Position numbers and translations under genes: made by a program. Positions 8,819 to 18,598 of a stretch of DNA of 57,290 nt are shown here, piece after piece. Each line of letters begins with the position of its first letter. Positions within the stretch are counted from its first letter, which is position 1. The stretch is taken from assembly GCA_030066715.1 (NCBI GenBank), contig JASJBC010000005.1, positions 1-57,290 of the forward strand, read 5' to 3'. Origin of the DNA: Acidimicrobiia bacterium (GTDB lineage: Bacteria; Actinomycetota; Acidimicrobiia; Spongiisociales; UBA5794). The notes beneath the pieces were generated by a model. That model saw only the letters and a list, made by a program, of their open reading frames with translations. It was not told the origin of the DNA and searched no databases.

Positions 8819-9850
8819 ATGGTGCCTGCAGCACGTTGGACCGCAACCGATGCCTTGCCGGGGAGGGACAGCCCCGACGCCGCTGAAGCGCCCTCCGGCA
8901 GAGTCGAGGCAGGAACCGAGCTCACCGAGCTAGAGCGGCTCGGTTTGTGGGTTCGGGTCGAGACACCGGACGAGCATCGGTACTGGGTTGACGGTCGTCG
9001 GCTGGAGGAGCTAGCTCCGACAGAGAGCCCAACGGTTGCGGAACCTGCGCCCGCTGAGCCTGTTTCGCAGCCCGTTCCGCCACCACCGGTGGAACCGACA
9101 GCACCTCTTTGGGCTCCCACGCATACGGTCCCTCCGGAGGGCCTCCAGGCTTGGGCGCAGCCCCATCCTGCTGGACCGGTAGTCGCCAACCTGGCCGGTG
9201 GGGTCGAACTTCGGGTGCAGGAGCGTCGTGCCGACTGGGCGCACGTTGTCGCTGAGAACGGGTGGCAGGGCTGGGTGGACGGCCGCAGGCTCGTTGCGGC
9301 GCCGGCCCCGGCTTCTCCGCCTCCGCAGGCTCCGGCTTCACCGCCTCAGCAGCAGCAGGCTGTCCCCGCTGCACCTGCCGCCGAGGGCAAGCCCATCCCA
9401 ACCAAGACGATTTCCTTCTCGTGGCGATCCGGTGCGGCGTTTGCGGTCCTGGTCACCGTGTTCCTTCCCTGGCTAAGGCTTTCGTACAGTTTCGGCTCGG
9501 TTGATGCGACCGACGTGCCAGCGGCGTTTCTGTGGAGCCTCGATCCGGATTCGAGCTTCCCCAACATGGGCACGGTGATGATGGTCTTGGCCGCCGCCGT
9601 CCTGGCCACTGAGTTCGCAGATCGGTTCAAGCCATATCGGAAGTACGCCGCGTGGGCGACCGTCGGCGTTGCTGCGCTCTATCTCATCCAGACCTACCGC
9701 TTCTTCCTGGACTTCGAAGGCACATTCACCACGGCCTTCTCGACGATGTTCACGCAGGGATTTGCGATCGGGCCGTGGGTAGCGCTAGCCGCCGGGATAG
9801 TCCTGCTGGTCAAGCAGCCGGAAGATGAGCCGGCATCCACATCGGTCTAG
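8819..9850 (+). CDS. Tandem SH3-like domain protein with C-terminal membrane domain
   Basis: Two related modules ending in WVDGRRL (GTELTELERLGLWVRVE; GVELRVQERRADWAHV), Pro-rich linkers and about 4 C-terminal hydrophobic helices. AAGGGG SD before ATG 8819. Confidence 0.8.
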   Translation: MVPAARWTATDALPGRDSPDAAEAPSGRVEAGTELTELERLGLWVRVETPDEHRYWVDGRRLEELAPTESPTVAEPAPAEPVSQPVPPPPVEPTAPLWAPTHTVPPEGLQAWAQPHPAGPVVANLAGGVELRVQERRADWAHVVAENGWQGWVDGRRLVAAPAPASPPPQAPASPPQQQQAVPAAPAAEGKPIPTKTISFSWRSGAAFAVLVTVFLPWLRLSYSFGSVDATDVPAAFLWSLDPDSSFPNMGTVMMVLAAAVLATEFADRFKPYRKYAAWATVGVAALYLIQTYRFFLDFEGTFTTAFSTMFTQGFAIGPWVALAAGIVLLVKQPEDEPASTSV

Positions 9851-10731
9851 CGAGAGATCTCCAGCCCGGCCATCTCTTCCAACGCCTTGACGAGGGCATG
9901 GTTGCCTTCGTGCCCGAGCCCGCGGCGTTGCAGCGCCCTGTACATCTGGAAGACGAGGCTCGTAGCTGGAAGGGGCACGGCCAACTCGTCGGCGGACTCG
10001 AGGACCAGACGCAAGTCCTTCTGCTGTAGGTCGATGGTGAAGCCGGGCCGCCAGTCGCGATCGACCATCTGCGGCCCACGATTGGCCAGCATCCACGAGC
10101 CCGCCGCGCCCCCCTTGACGGCCGCGATAGTCGCATCGAGATCCAACCCGCCTGCCTCGGCGAGCAGCAACCCTTCCGCAACGGCAAGCGCGTTGATAAC
10201 AACGAGCACCTGGTTCACCTGCTTGACCATTTGCCCCGCACCGATCGGGCCGACATGGGTGATGCTCGTTCCGTAGCTCTCCATGTACGGGTGGGCGCGA
10301 GCGACATCATCCTCGTTGCCGCCGACCATGATGGACAGCGTGCCGTTGACAGCGCCCTCGCTGCCGCCGCTGACCGGGGCATCGATCCAAGTTGCGCCCG
10401 CGTCGGCGACGGCTTCGGCAAGCCGTCTCGTAGCCGAGGCGCTGATGGTCGAGTGATCGACGACGAGTTTGCCTGCGCCAAGACCGTGAATCAGCCCACT
10501 ATCGCCGAGGGTCACGGCTTCGACGTCGGGCGTGTCCGACACGCACACCATGATGATGTCGCACGCCGCCGCCAACGCCGCAGGTGTCTCGGCGACCGAC
10601 GCACCTTTCGCGGCGACGTCCGCCGTCCTCTCCCTGGTTCGGTTCCACACCACGACGTCATGTCCGGCATCGATGAGATTGGCGGCCATGCCGCGTCCCA
10701 TGATCCCCATCCCGGCGTACCCGATCCTCAT
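9847..10731 (-). CDS. NAD(P)-dependent beta-hydroxyacid dehydrogenase (3-hydroxyisobutyrate dehydrogenase / tartronate semialdehyde reductase family)
   Basis: IGYAGMGIMG, DAPVSGG, LSIMVGG, GAGQMVKQVNQ and GFTIDLQQKDL. The ORF-track extension to 12183 is rejected. Confidence 0.93.
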   Translation of the reverse strand: MRIGYAGMGIMGRGMAANLIDAGHDVVVWNRTRERTADVAAKGASVAETPAALAAACDIIMVCVSDTPDVEAVTLGDSGLIHGLGAGKLVVDHSTISASATRRLAEAVADAGATWIDAPVSGGSEGAVNGTLSIMVGGNEDDVARAHPYMESYGTSITHVGPIGAGQMVKQVNQVLVVINALAVAEGLLLAEAGGLDLDATIAAVKGGAAGSWMLANRGPQMVDRDWRPGFTIDLQQKDLRLVLESADELAVPLPATSLVFQMYRALQRRGLGHEGNHALVKALEEMAGLEISR

Positions 10732-10887
10732 CTCGTCCCTCGTTTCGCTGGTTGCGGTCACGCTAGCAATGGGACTTCGGTGACGTATGGCCCCTAGGCA
10801 CGGGTCGGTGACGGCGATACCTTCGCAGTAGGCGCTGCTTCTGCGCGCCGGTCGGTTTCGGGTAAATACGGGGTAACGGAGGATCCG

Positions 10888-11367
10888 ATGACGACGATGA
10901 AGGAAGCCGCAGCTGAGTTCCTGTCCAAGAAGCGGATCGCCGTTGCCGGTGTATCTCGCGAGTCCGGAGGAGCCCATGGTGGGAACCCGGTCTACCTCCG
11001 GCTGCGTGACCGCGGCTACGACGTGTTTCCGGTGAACCCGAACGCAGACACCGTCGAGGGTGACAGTGCGTACCCGAATCTGGGCACCATTCCCGGGGGT
11101 GTCGAGGCAGTCGTCATTGCGACGCACCCGAAAGTGGCGCGCGACGTCATGCAGGAATGCATCGATCTCGAGATCAAGCACGTCTGGATGCATCGGGGCC
11201 CAGGCGGGGGCAGTGTTAACCACGATGCGGCTGAGATGGGTCGCGGGGCCGGGCTCACGGTGCTGGAGGGTGGCTGCCCGCTGATGTACGCGCAAACTGC
11301 GGACATGGGGCACAAGGTGCTCCGCGGAGTGCTCTCGCTGGTCGGTCGTATCCCGCGTGAGGTCTAG
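10888..11367 (+). CDS. CoA-binding protein (YccU-like)
   Basis: KRIAVAGVSR, VFPVNP, VWMHRG and GGCPLM. GGAGG SD. Confidence 0.9.
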   Translation: MTTMKEAAAEFLSKKRIAVAGVSRESGGAHGGNPVYLRLRDRGYDVFPVNPNADTVEGDSAYPNLGTIPGGVEAVVIATHPKVARDVMQECIDLEIKHVWMHRGPGGGSVNHDAAEMGRGAGLTVLEGGCPLMYAQTADMGHKVLRGVLSLVGRIPREV

Positions 11368-11382
11368 GTCGGGTACTCTCCA

Positions 11383-11432
11383 CGTTCTTGCGTACCACAG
11401 TTCCAAATGCGGGACGCAGATCCGCAAGAACG
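11383..11432. repeat. 10-bp perfect inverted repeat with 30-nt spacer between convergent genes
   Basis: CGTTCTTGCG (11383-11392) and CGCAAGAACG (11423-11432). Confidence 0.7.
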
Positions 11433-11441
11433 GGAATGCCG

Positions 11442-12569
11442 CTAGGTCACGGCTACCGGCCGGTGCTCCCGGGCGGAGATCAGCGCCGCCTCCAGCACAC
11501 GCTGCGTTTGCAGGGCATCGGCAAAGTCGGGCATCGGCACCAACGGTTCGCCGCCGGCGATACTCACGACGATGTCGCGGGCCTGATTGATGAAGGCGTG
11601 CTCGTAGCCGAGCCCATGCCCGGTCGGCCACCACGCAGCGGCGTACGGGTGGTCCTCGTTGGTTGCGAAGATGGTCGTCCATCCCCGCTCTCCGCGGGCG
11701 GCGTCGGTGCGATAGACATCCAGTTCGTTCATTCGCTCGAAGTTGAACCGCAAGGCACCGCGCTCGCCGTGGATTTCGATGCGATTGCCGTTCAGATAGC
11801 CGGTGGCAAGGCGTGTCGCCTCGAAGCTGGCGACCGCGCCACCCTGCATGCGAGCTAGGAACAACACCGCGTCGTCCACGGTGCTTGCCGAGGTCTGATC
11901 TCCGTCGGTTCGCTCCGAGATGAACGTCTCCTCGATGGCGCCTTCCACGGAAACGATCTCCTCGCCTGTAATGAACCGGGCCGCATCGACGATGTGGGCG
12001 TTGAGATCCCCGTGGGCGCCCGAGCCGGCGATGTCCCCCTGGAACCGCCACCGCATCGGTGTATCGGGTCCTCCCCACGACTGCAGGTAGGTGGCTCGGA
12101 CGTGATAGATCCGCCCGATGGCACCGCTTGCCACCAAACGGTGAGCAAGGGCAACGGCCGGTACCCGGCGGTAGTTGAACCAAACAAAGGTCTTGCCGGG
12201 AGCGTTCGCGGCGGCTGCGGCCATGGCTTCTGCGTCTTCGATAGTCCCGGCGAGGGGTTTCTCACAGGCAACGTGCTTGCCCGCCTCGAGCGCAGCGATT
12301 GCGGCTTCGGCGTGCACGTTGTTGGGAGTGCCGATGTCGACGAGGTCGATCAGAGGGTTGGTCACTGCGGCTCGCCAGTCGGTCGTGTGGTTGTCCCACC
12401 CCCATTGCTCGGCAAAGGCGGCGAGTTCCTCCGGATTGCGAGCCACCACCGTGTCCTGGTGAGGGAGAAGCGGCAGTTCGAAGAAGTGCCCGACCTGAGA
12501 CCACGCGTTCGAATGCGCTCGCCCCATGAACTTGGATCCGAGCATGGCGATGTTGAGCCGGTTGGTCAT
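11442..12569 (-). CDS. Gfo/Idh/MocA family oxidoreductase
   Basis: GSKFMGRAH, HVACEKPLA, FNYRRVPA and GSGAHGDLNAHIVD. GGAG SD. Confidence 0.93.
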   Translation of the reverse strand: MTNRLNIAMLGSKFMGRAHSNAWSQVGHFFELPLLPHQDTVVARNPEELAAFAEQWGWDNHTTDWRAAVTNPLIDLVDIGTPNNVHAEAAIAALEAGKHVACEKPLAGTIEDAEAMAAAAANAPGKTFVWFNYRRVPAVALAHRLVASGAIGRIYHVRATYLQSWGGPDTPMRWRFQGDIAGSGAHGDLNAHIVDAARFITGEEIVSVEGAIEETFISERTDGDQTSASTVDDAVLFLARMQGGAVASFEATRLATGYLNGNRIEIHGERGALRFNFERMNELDVYRTDAARGERGWTTIFATNEDHPYAAAWWPTGHGLGYEHAFINQARDIVVSIAGGEPLVPMPDFADALQTQRVLEAALISAREHRPVAVT

Positions 12570-12596
12570 GGGTCTCCTTGCGATCTGCTTTCGAGG

Positions 12597-15500
12597 CTAG
12601 CCGCCGGCCTCAGACTGCAATCGGGCCTCGTCCGGCTTTGGTGAGCGCAGGGCCTGGAGGGCCAGCGACCGGTACTGGTCAGCTCGCAGCTCACCCCCCT
12701 CGGCAAGGGTCGCAAGGAAGGCACCACCGAGGGTGCGCTCGGCATCGGCCCGCACCTCGCCGACCTGCGGGGTGCCGTTTGTGGGGACGCGCACAGACTC
12801 GCGCAGTGCATCCGCAGCACCGAGGAGCCTTGCTGCGGTCCGGTACTCGCCTGCATTGGATGCGATGACTGCGGCGCCCTCGAGGATTCGGGCCGTAGCA
12901 ACGCCGTCCTGTTGATCAGCCTGGAAACCGGCTCGGAATGCCTCCGCAGCGTCCCCTGCGCTACCAATCAGGAGGTGAGCCCATCCCCGTGATCCCCAGA
13001 TGTATGCCTTCGCAACCTCGTCCCCGCAGATCTCAGCCAGCGAATATGCCTCGTCGAAGTGACGGGTCGCCGACTCCATGTCCCCGTTGCGCACTGCCAT
13101 CTCGCCTTGGCCGTAGCGGATGGTCGCCAGACTGCGGTCGAGGCCGTGCTGCTCGGCGAGTTCCGAGGCAACGGCGACGTGCTCGGCGACGGCTTCGGAC
13201 CGGCCCAGTTCGACTGCCATCGCTCCCAACTCGATACGGAAATGAACGAGCGTCTCTGCCGGGGCTCTTGCCGATGTGGCCAGGCGGAGAGCCTCGTGAT
13301 GCATCTCCATTGCCTCCTCGTACCTGCCCTGAGCTCGTGCGGTTCGGGCCAGCCTGTCGGTGTTCTCGGTCCTGAGGATGATGTCGTCTGCTGCAGTCGC
13401 CAACTCGTAGGACGTCCGGTAGAGGTCCTCCGCGCCGGCGTAGTCCCCCAGGGCCAGCCGAACCGACCCCAAGTTGAAGCTGACAACCTCGACCGCGGCA
13501 TCGATCCCGCGTGCGCGAGCATCGTCGAGCACCTCGCTCATCATCCTGTCTGCCACTTCCAGCTCGCCCCTGGTGCCGCGAATGAAGCCTTCCATCGCCC
13601 GTGCGCCCAGCTGTGTGGTGTGCTCGCCGAGTTGCTCCAGCATGTTGACCGCATCGGCGACCAGTTCGATCGCGTCGAAGTTGACCAGATCGCTCGATTC
13701 GACGCGCAAGCTCTCTGAAATCAATGCGCTCGGACCGAACCTGATGTTCGATCTGCTGATGGGACTCGGGGCAGAGGGCACCGTCGACAGGTAGGCGAGC
13801 GTCAGCAACCCGTGTGCACGCTGCAGCGAGGGCTCCGTGGTCGCCGCAAGCGCTCGGGCCAGAGACCGAAGCACCGCCGACTCGGGCCTGATCCCCGTCC
13901 ACCGGTAACGGGGGCCGGTGATGATCTCGAGAGCGGTTTGCGGTTCGTGGTCGATGGCCCAGTCGAAGGCCGAGTCGATGTTCCATTGCTCCCGGCGCAG
14001 TCGCTTGACCACCGGCGCAGGGTCAGGTCCGAGCAGGTCCGGCCACGACTCTTGGGAGAGCTTGGCCAGCCACCGTGCGTGGCGCTGCCGTGCCCCATGG
14101 CTTTCACCCATGCCTGCAAGCAGGTCTTGACCAGCCTCCCTGATCGTCGCCAGCTGCGAGAAGCGTGCCGAGGTCCCTTCCGGGCGTGCCGGTGTGACCA
14201 GCGAGTGCTCGACAAGGGCGAGGATCAAGTCTGCAACGGGTCCCTTGTCTGTAACCAGCGGACCGATTACCGCCTCCGCCGCCTCCAGGTCCCAGGTGTC
14301 GGGGATGACCGAAACGGCGGCGAACGCGGCTCGCTCCGCGGGATCGAGCCGACGCAGGCTCCACTCGATTGCCGAGCTGAGTGATGAGTGTCGATCGGAA
14401 ATCGGGCCGCGGCTCCGCAGCGAGCCCGTCGAATCTCGCAGGCCGCTTGCGACCTCTTCGGGGGTCAGGGCGAAGCACTGGGAGGCGGCCAGTTCGATGG
14501 CGAGGGGCAGGCCGTCCAGCCTCTCGACGATCTCCCGTACGGCGTCCGTGCTCGCAAGATCGCTCGCCGATATGCGGGGCATCACGTCGAGCACCCGATC
14601 GACGAAGAGCGCAACGGCGTCGGTCGATCCTGCAGGTCCGGTCTTGGCGGTGCCCAGCGGTCGGAGCTGCCACACGTGCTCCCCGGCGGTCGCAAAGCGC
14701 CGGCGGCTGGTGGCGATGACGTCGACGTCTCGGGTGTTGCCGAGGACGGTACGGGTCAGCGCTGCTGCCCCGGCGAGGACTTGCTCGCAGTTGTCGAGGA
14801 TCAACAATGCACGGCGTCTCCGCAGCAACCCGATGAGACGCTCTGCGGAGTCGCCCTGGCCTTCCGGATCCAGGGCGGCCATCACCGCGCTCAGAACGCC
14901 GTTGTCGTCCTCGACGCCGGCCAGCCGAACGAAGACGACGCCGTCCGGATAACTGGGCGCAACCCTGTGACCCAGCTCGGTGACGAGCCTCGTCTTGCCG
15001 ACACCGCCGGGCCCAACCAGCGTCACGTGGCGCGACTCGGTCAGCATCTGCTCCACTCGGGCGAGTTCCTCGTGGCGCCCGATGAACGAAGTGTCGGTTG
15101 CGGGAAGGTTGGAGAGAGATCGAGACGGTGGTGTCGGCGGCGGAGGAGGGGTCGTCTCCTGGTCGATGTCCAGGTCGGGATCTTGGATGAGCATCCGATC
15201 CTCCAGCTGCCTCATCTCGCCGCTGGGCTCGATGCCGACCGTTCCCATTGCGGTGCGGGCCCGGTGGTAGGTGCGCAGTGCGTCTGCCTGCCGGCCGGAT
15301 CGATAGAGCGCCAGCATCAGTTGGCGCCAGAGAGTCTCGCTGGTCGGGAATCTCGCCACGAGCGATTCCAGGTCGGCGACGCCCGATTGATGCTCACCGA
15401 GATCGAGGCGAGCTGCCATGAGTCGCTCATTGGCCTGGAGTTGGAGTTCGTTGAGGCGACGGATCTCAGTCTGGGCGAACTCCTCGTACTCGACGTCGCC

Positions 15501-15914
15501 GTAGGCTGCACCGCGCCACATGCGTAACGCTTCGCGGAGGAGGTCCCTTATCCGGCGAGGGTCTGTTGCCGCAGAGGCGTCGGCCACCAATTGCTCGAAC
15601 CGATGCCAGTCGATTTGTTCGACGTTGACCGCCAGCCGGTAGCCGGAGGGGACCCGTTCGATGACCGAAGCATCCGCGGTGCCATCCGGTTGCAGCACAC
15701 GGCGGAGACGCGAGACCGCCGTCTGCAAGGCCGCTGTCGGATCGGTCGGACCCTGCTCGCCCCACACCGCTGCGACGAGCACTTCGTCGGCGACGTCATC
15801 GCCCGCAGCCATCAGAAGCACGGTGAGGATGGCCCGCTCCCGTGACCCGCGGATGATGATCGGCTCTCCATTGTCCCCACGGACATCGAGGGGGCCGAGC
15901 ACTTTGAACTCCAT
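12597..15914 (-). CDS. AfsR/SARP-family transcriptional regulator (wHTH-BTAD-NTPase-TPR)
   Basis: FKVLGPLDV, LQTAVSRLRR, BTAD LMLALYRSGRQADAL, Walker A GPGGVGKT, LILDNCE, LDGLPLAIELAA and a helical repeat tail. Confidence 0.93.
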   Translation of the reverse strand: MEFKVLGPLDVRGDNGEPIIIRGSRERAILTVLLMAAGDDVADEVLVAAVWGEQGPTDPTAALQTAVSRLRRVLQPDGTADASVIERVPSGYRLAVNVEQIDWHRFEQLVADASAATDPRRIRDLLREALRMWRGAAYGDVEYEEFAQTEIRRLNELQLQANERLMAARLDLGEHQSGVADLESLVARFPTSETLWRQLMLALYRSGRQADALRTYHRARTAMGTVGIEPSGEMRQLEDRMLIQDPDLDIDQETTPPPPPTPPSRSLSNLPATDTSFIGRHEELARVEQMLTESRHVTLVGPGGVGKTRLVTELGHRVAPSYPDGVVFVRLAGVEDDNGVLSAVMAALDPEGQGDSAERLIGLLRRRRALLILDNCEQVLAGAAALTRTVLGNTRDVDVIATSRRRFATAGEHVWQLRPLGTAKTGPAGSTDAVALFVDRVLDVMPRISASDLASTDAVREIVERLDGLPLAIELAASQCFALTPEEVASGLRDSTGSLRSRGPISDRHSSLSSAIEWSLRRLDPAERAAFAAVSVIPDTWDLEAAEAVIGPLVTDKGPVADLILALVEHSLVTPARPEGTSARFSQLATIREAGQDLLAGMGESHGARQRHARWLAKLSQESWPDLLGPDPAPVVKRLRREQWNIDSAFDWAIDHEPQTALEIITGPRYRWTGIRPESAVLRSLARALAATTEPSLQRAHGLLTLAYLSTVPSAPSPISRSNIRFGPSALISESLRVESSDLVNFDAIELVADAVNMLEQLGEHTTQLGARAMEGFIRGTRGELEVADRMMSEVLDDARARGIDAAVEVVSFNLGSVRLALGDYAGAEDLYRTSYELATAADDIILRTENTDRLARTARAQGRYEEAMEMHHEALRLATSARAPAETLVHFRIELGAMAVELGRSEAVAEHVAVASELAEQHGLDRSLATIRYGQGEMAVRNGDMESATRHFDEAYSLAEICGDEVAKAYIWGSRGWAHLLIGSAGDAAEAFRAGFQADQQDGVATARILEGAAVIASNAGEYRTAARLLGAADALRESVRVPTNGTPQVGEVRADAERTLGGAFLATLAEGGELRADQYRSLALQALRSPKPDEARLQSEAGG

Positions 15915-16039
15915 GCCACCACATTATCCCTGGGAGCGGACCAGCGGCGGTGATGGGGTGTCACTTGTGGTGAGGGATCGGGCGCTTCCACGCCTACTCA
16001 GGGTCGGGATCCGTCGGCGCGCAATCACGGAGGTTGCGA

Positions 16040-16507
16040 TCAGTCTGTTTCGTGGAGCATGGTGACCGAGTAGCCGTCGGTGGCGACGGCCTCGAAACCG
16101 AAACGTGCATAGAGGCGGATCGCAGGATTGCGGCTGTCGACGCTCAGACTGCACCGGGGCACGGCCTGGAGAAGACGTCGCAGCAGCGCACTCCCGACGC
16201 CCTGGCCGCGATGCTTTTCGACAACGGCGATCGACAGTTCCGGTGCGTCGTCGTCGACGTAGCCGTACCCGGGGTCCTCGCTCGTGAACCAGCGGACCCA
16301 GGCGGCGCCGATCGGTTCGAGGTCCTCGGCGATGAAGCCGACGTCCCCGGCCCGTGTCCCAAAACCGACCACGTGATGTGCAATCTTTGGTGCGTTGAGC
16401 GCATCTCGTGGAAACGGGGGTTTGCCCGGCGGAACGAACAGCGCCAGATAGAGCATGTCGCGCAGGAAACCCTCGTCGGTCCGAACCGCCGGTCGCAGCG
16501 TCGCCAT
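16040..16507 (-). CDS. GNAT family N-acetyltransferase
   Basis: HRGQGVGSALL and NPAIRLYARFGF. TAGCCT -10 element 6 nt before the ATG. Confidence 0.9.
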   Translation of the reverse strand: MATLRPAVRTDEGFLRDMLYLALFVPPGKPPFPRDALNAPKIAHHVVGFGTRAGDVGFIAEDLEPIGAAWVRWFTSEDPGYGYVDDDAPELSIAVVEKHRGQGVGSALLRRLLQAVPRCSLSVDSRNPAIRLYARFGFEAVATDGYSVTMLHETD

Positions 16508-16674
16508 ACTGTCAGGCTACGCCGAGGAAGCGTGATGCGGGGATGGGCGGCGCTGGTGCAGTGCGTGTCGCAACCATCTGGGAGATGCCGGAACCGGCCT
16601 GGTGCACAGCCCGAGGGCCGTTCGCCTCTGGACACACCGCCGACCCGGGTCCAAGGTGAAGACGGAGGCCCACC

Positions 16675-17196
16675 ATGGGTTTGCAGTCGGACATCGGCTA
16701 CGAGGTTCCCCGCACCAACGCCCTGCAACGAGCCGCCATACGATTCGGAGGGACCAGGCTCGGCACGATCGTTTTCTCCAGGGTGCTGCGGACGCTCGAT
16801 CTGACCTTCCATAGGCTCTCCGGCGGTCGGCGGACCTTTGGAGGCGTCTTCGGTGGCGTTCCCATCGTCATGCTGACCACTACCGGGGCCCGTTCCGGGC
16901 GTGCGCGCACGAATCCGCTCATAGGGATCCCGCACGGTGTCGATGTCGCCGTCTTCGCTGCCAACTACGGTCTCGGCGTGATTCCGTCCTGGGTGTACAA
17001 CCTGCGGGCAAGCCGTGATGCCGAGCTGTCGTACGGCCGTCGCACCGCAAAGGTGCGCGCCCGGGAAGTCAGCGGCGAGGAAGCGGACGAGGTATTCGCA
17101 GCCGCGATCCTCATCTATCCCGGCTACGTCGAGTATCGGAAACGCTTCGACCAACCGATCCCGGTATTCGTCCTCGCTGCGCGCCATCGACCTTGA
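16675..17196 (+). CDS. Deazaflavin (F420)-dependent nitroreductase, DDN family
   Basis: LTTTGARSGRARTNPL, PSWVYNLRA, YPGYVEYR and IPVFVL. GGAGG SD. Confidence 0.88.
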   Translation: MGLQSDIGYEVPRTNALQRAAIRFGGTRLGTIVFSRVLRTLDLTFHRLSGGRRTFGGVFGGVPIVMLTTTGARSGRARTNPLIGIPHGVDVAVFAANYGLGVIPSWVYNLRASRDAELSYGRRTAKVRAREVSGEEADEVFAAAILIYPGYVEYRKRFDQPIPVFVLAARHRP

Positions 17197-17287
17197 TCCG
17201 TGTCATTGCAGCTTCGACAGGATGTCGGTGCCGGAATCCCCTACGTTCCGAGCCGACAATCTTTCTATCTCTGTTTAGGAGCCTGCT

Positions 17288-17851
17288 GTGAAGGCGAAGA
17301 TCCTTGTCCTTGTTGGTGCGGTTGCAGTAGTTGTTGCCGCCTGCTCGAGTGACGATGGAAGCACCGAGGCGACGTCGACGACCATTGCCGAGACGACGAC
17401 AACTGTTGCCGAAACCACCACGACGACGGTTGCCGAGACGACGACAACGGTTGCCGAGACCACGACGACGACCGAAGCCGGTATCGCAACCTCTCCGGTC
17501 GTGCCCGGCGAGAACGCCGATGTGGATGCGATCGTCGCGGCCTATCTCGTCGTCTTCGACAGCACGACGACCTACGACGAGAAGCAGCCCTACGTCACCG
17601 ACCTGAGTGGACTCGAGTCGACCGTGGAGGCGTACGAGACTGCGGGCGAGTCGGTTGGTGGGATCGCTCTTCAGGCCGACGAGGTTGGGATCGACGGTGA
17701 GAATGCGAAGGTTATCTACTCGTTCCTGTTCGCAGGCAACCCCGCATACACCGACCTTGATGGGGAGGCCGTGCGCACCGAAGCCGGGTGGCAGGTCACC
17801 CGCGAGTTCTTCTGCGACATCATGGCATCGGCCCGCGTCGGCTGTCCCTGA
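17288..17851 (+). CDS. Lipoprotein with Thr-rich repeat linker and MTB12/NTF2-like C-terminal domain
   Basis: AGGAG SD, lipobox VAAC, repeated (V/I)AETTTT(T), C-terminal GWQVTREFFC...GCP. Confidence 0.82.
   Translation: MKAKILVLVGAVAVVVAACSSDDGSTEATSTTIAETTTTVAETTTTTVAETTTTVAETTTTTEAGIATSPVVPGENADVDAIVAAYLVVFDSTTTYDEKQPYVTDLSGLESTVEAYETAGESVGGIALQADEVGIDGENAKVIYSFLFAGNPAYTDLDGEAVRTEAGWQVTREFFCDIMASARVGCP
17384..17473 (+). repeat. Four imperfect 21/24-bp coding repeats (VAETTTT(T))
   Basis: TTGCCGA(G/A)AC units read directly from the sequence. Confidence 0.8.
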
Positions 17852-17877
17852 CGCAACCGCCTTCATCGATTGCGCTC

Positions 17878-18597
17878 ATGGACACGAACCCGATCCACTA
17901 CCTACCGGTCATCACGACAGTCGTTGCCGTCTTCTTTGCGAGGACGCTGTATTTCCGCTGGCGGGAGAAGCCTTCGGCCAGATACCTACTGTGGTGGATG
18001 ATCGGCGTCGCCCTGTACGGCCTGGGGACTCTCGCCGAAGCGCTCACGACCCTGTTCGGCTGGAGCGAGGGTGTCTTCCGGCTCTGGTACGTCGCCGGGG
18101 CACTCCTGGGCGGAGCTCCGTTGGCGTTGGGCACCACCTATCTCCTGCTGTCGCAAAAGCTGGCCGACCGCTTCGCCGTGGCTCTGGTCACATACATCGC
18201 AGCCGCTTCCGCATTCGTCATCGCCACGCCAATCGACCTGTCGCTCGTGGAGCCGGATCGGCTTTCGGGTGCGGTCATGGAGTGGCAGTGGGTTCGCCTC
18301 TTCTCACCACTCGTGAACCTGTATGCGGTGGTGTTCCTCGTGGGCGGTGCGATCTACTCGGCGGTGCGGTACTACCGCGCAGGTGACGCTGGCTCTCGCG
18401 TGAGGGGAAATGTGCTGATCGCCGTCGGCGCCATCCTCCCCGGTTTCGGGGGGTCTTTCGCACGCGCCGGGATGGTCGAGGTTCTCTACGTCACTGAGTT
18501 GCTGGGCCTCATTCTCATCTGGGCCGGGTTCCGGGTGATCTCGGGGGACCGCGTGATCTCGTTGTTCGCTCCCCAACGTGTGTCCTCGGAGGCATGA
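17878..18597 (+). CDS. Polytopic (about 7 TM) membrane protein of unknown function
   Basis: Continuous hydrophobic helices. Stop lies 1 nt before the start of the binding-protein gene. Confidence 0.82.
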   Translation: MDTNPIHYLPVITTVVAVFFARTLYFRWREKPSARYLLWWMIGVALYGLGTLAEALTTLFGWSEGVFRLWYVAGALLGGAPLALGTTYLLLSQKLADRFAVALVTYIAAASAFVIATPIDLSLVEPDRLSGAVMEWQWVRLFSPLVNLYAVVFLVGGAIYSAVRYYRAGDAGSRVRGNVLIAVGAILPGFGGSFARAGMVEVLYVTELLGLILIWAGFRVISGDRVISLFAPQRVSSEA

Positions 18598-18598
18598 C

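Noticed and set aside
10732-12183. 778-aa version of the dehydrogenase ORF
   Set aside because: It overlaps two well-supported genes and is an open-frame artefact of high GC.
17197-17287. Cobalamin or other riboswitch upstream of the lipoprotein/importer genes
   Set aside because: A hairpin (TGTCGG...CCGACA) is present, but the region is short and I could not find B12-box or other conserved riboswitch motifs.
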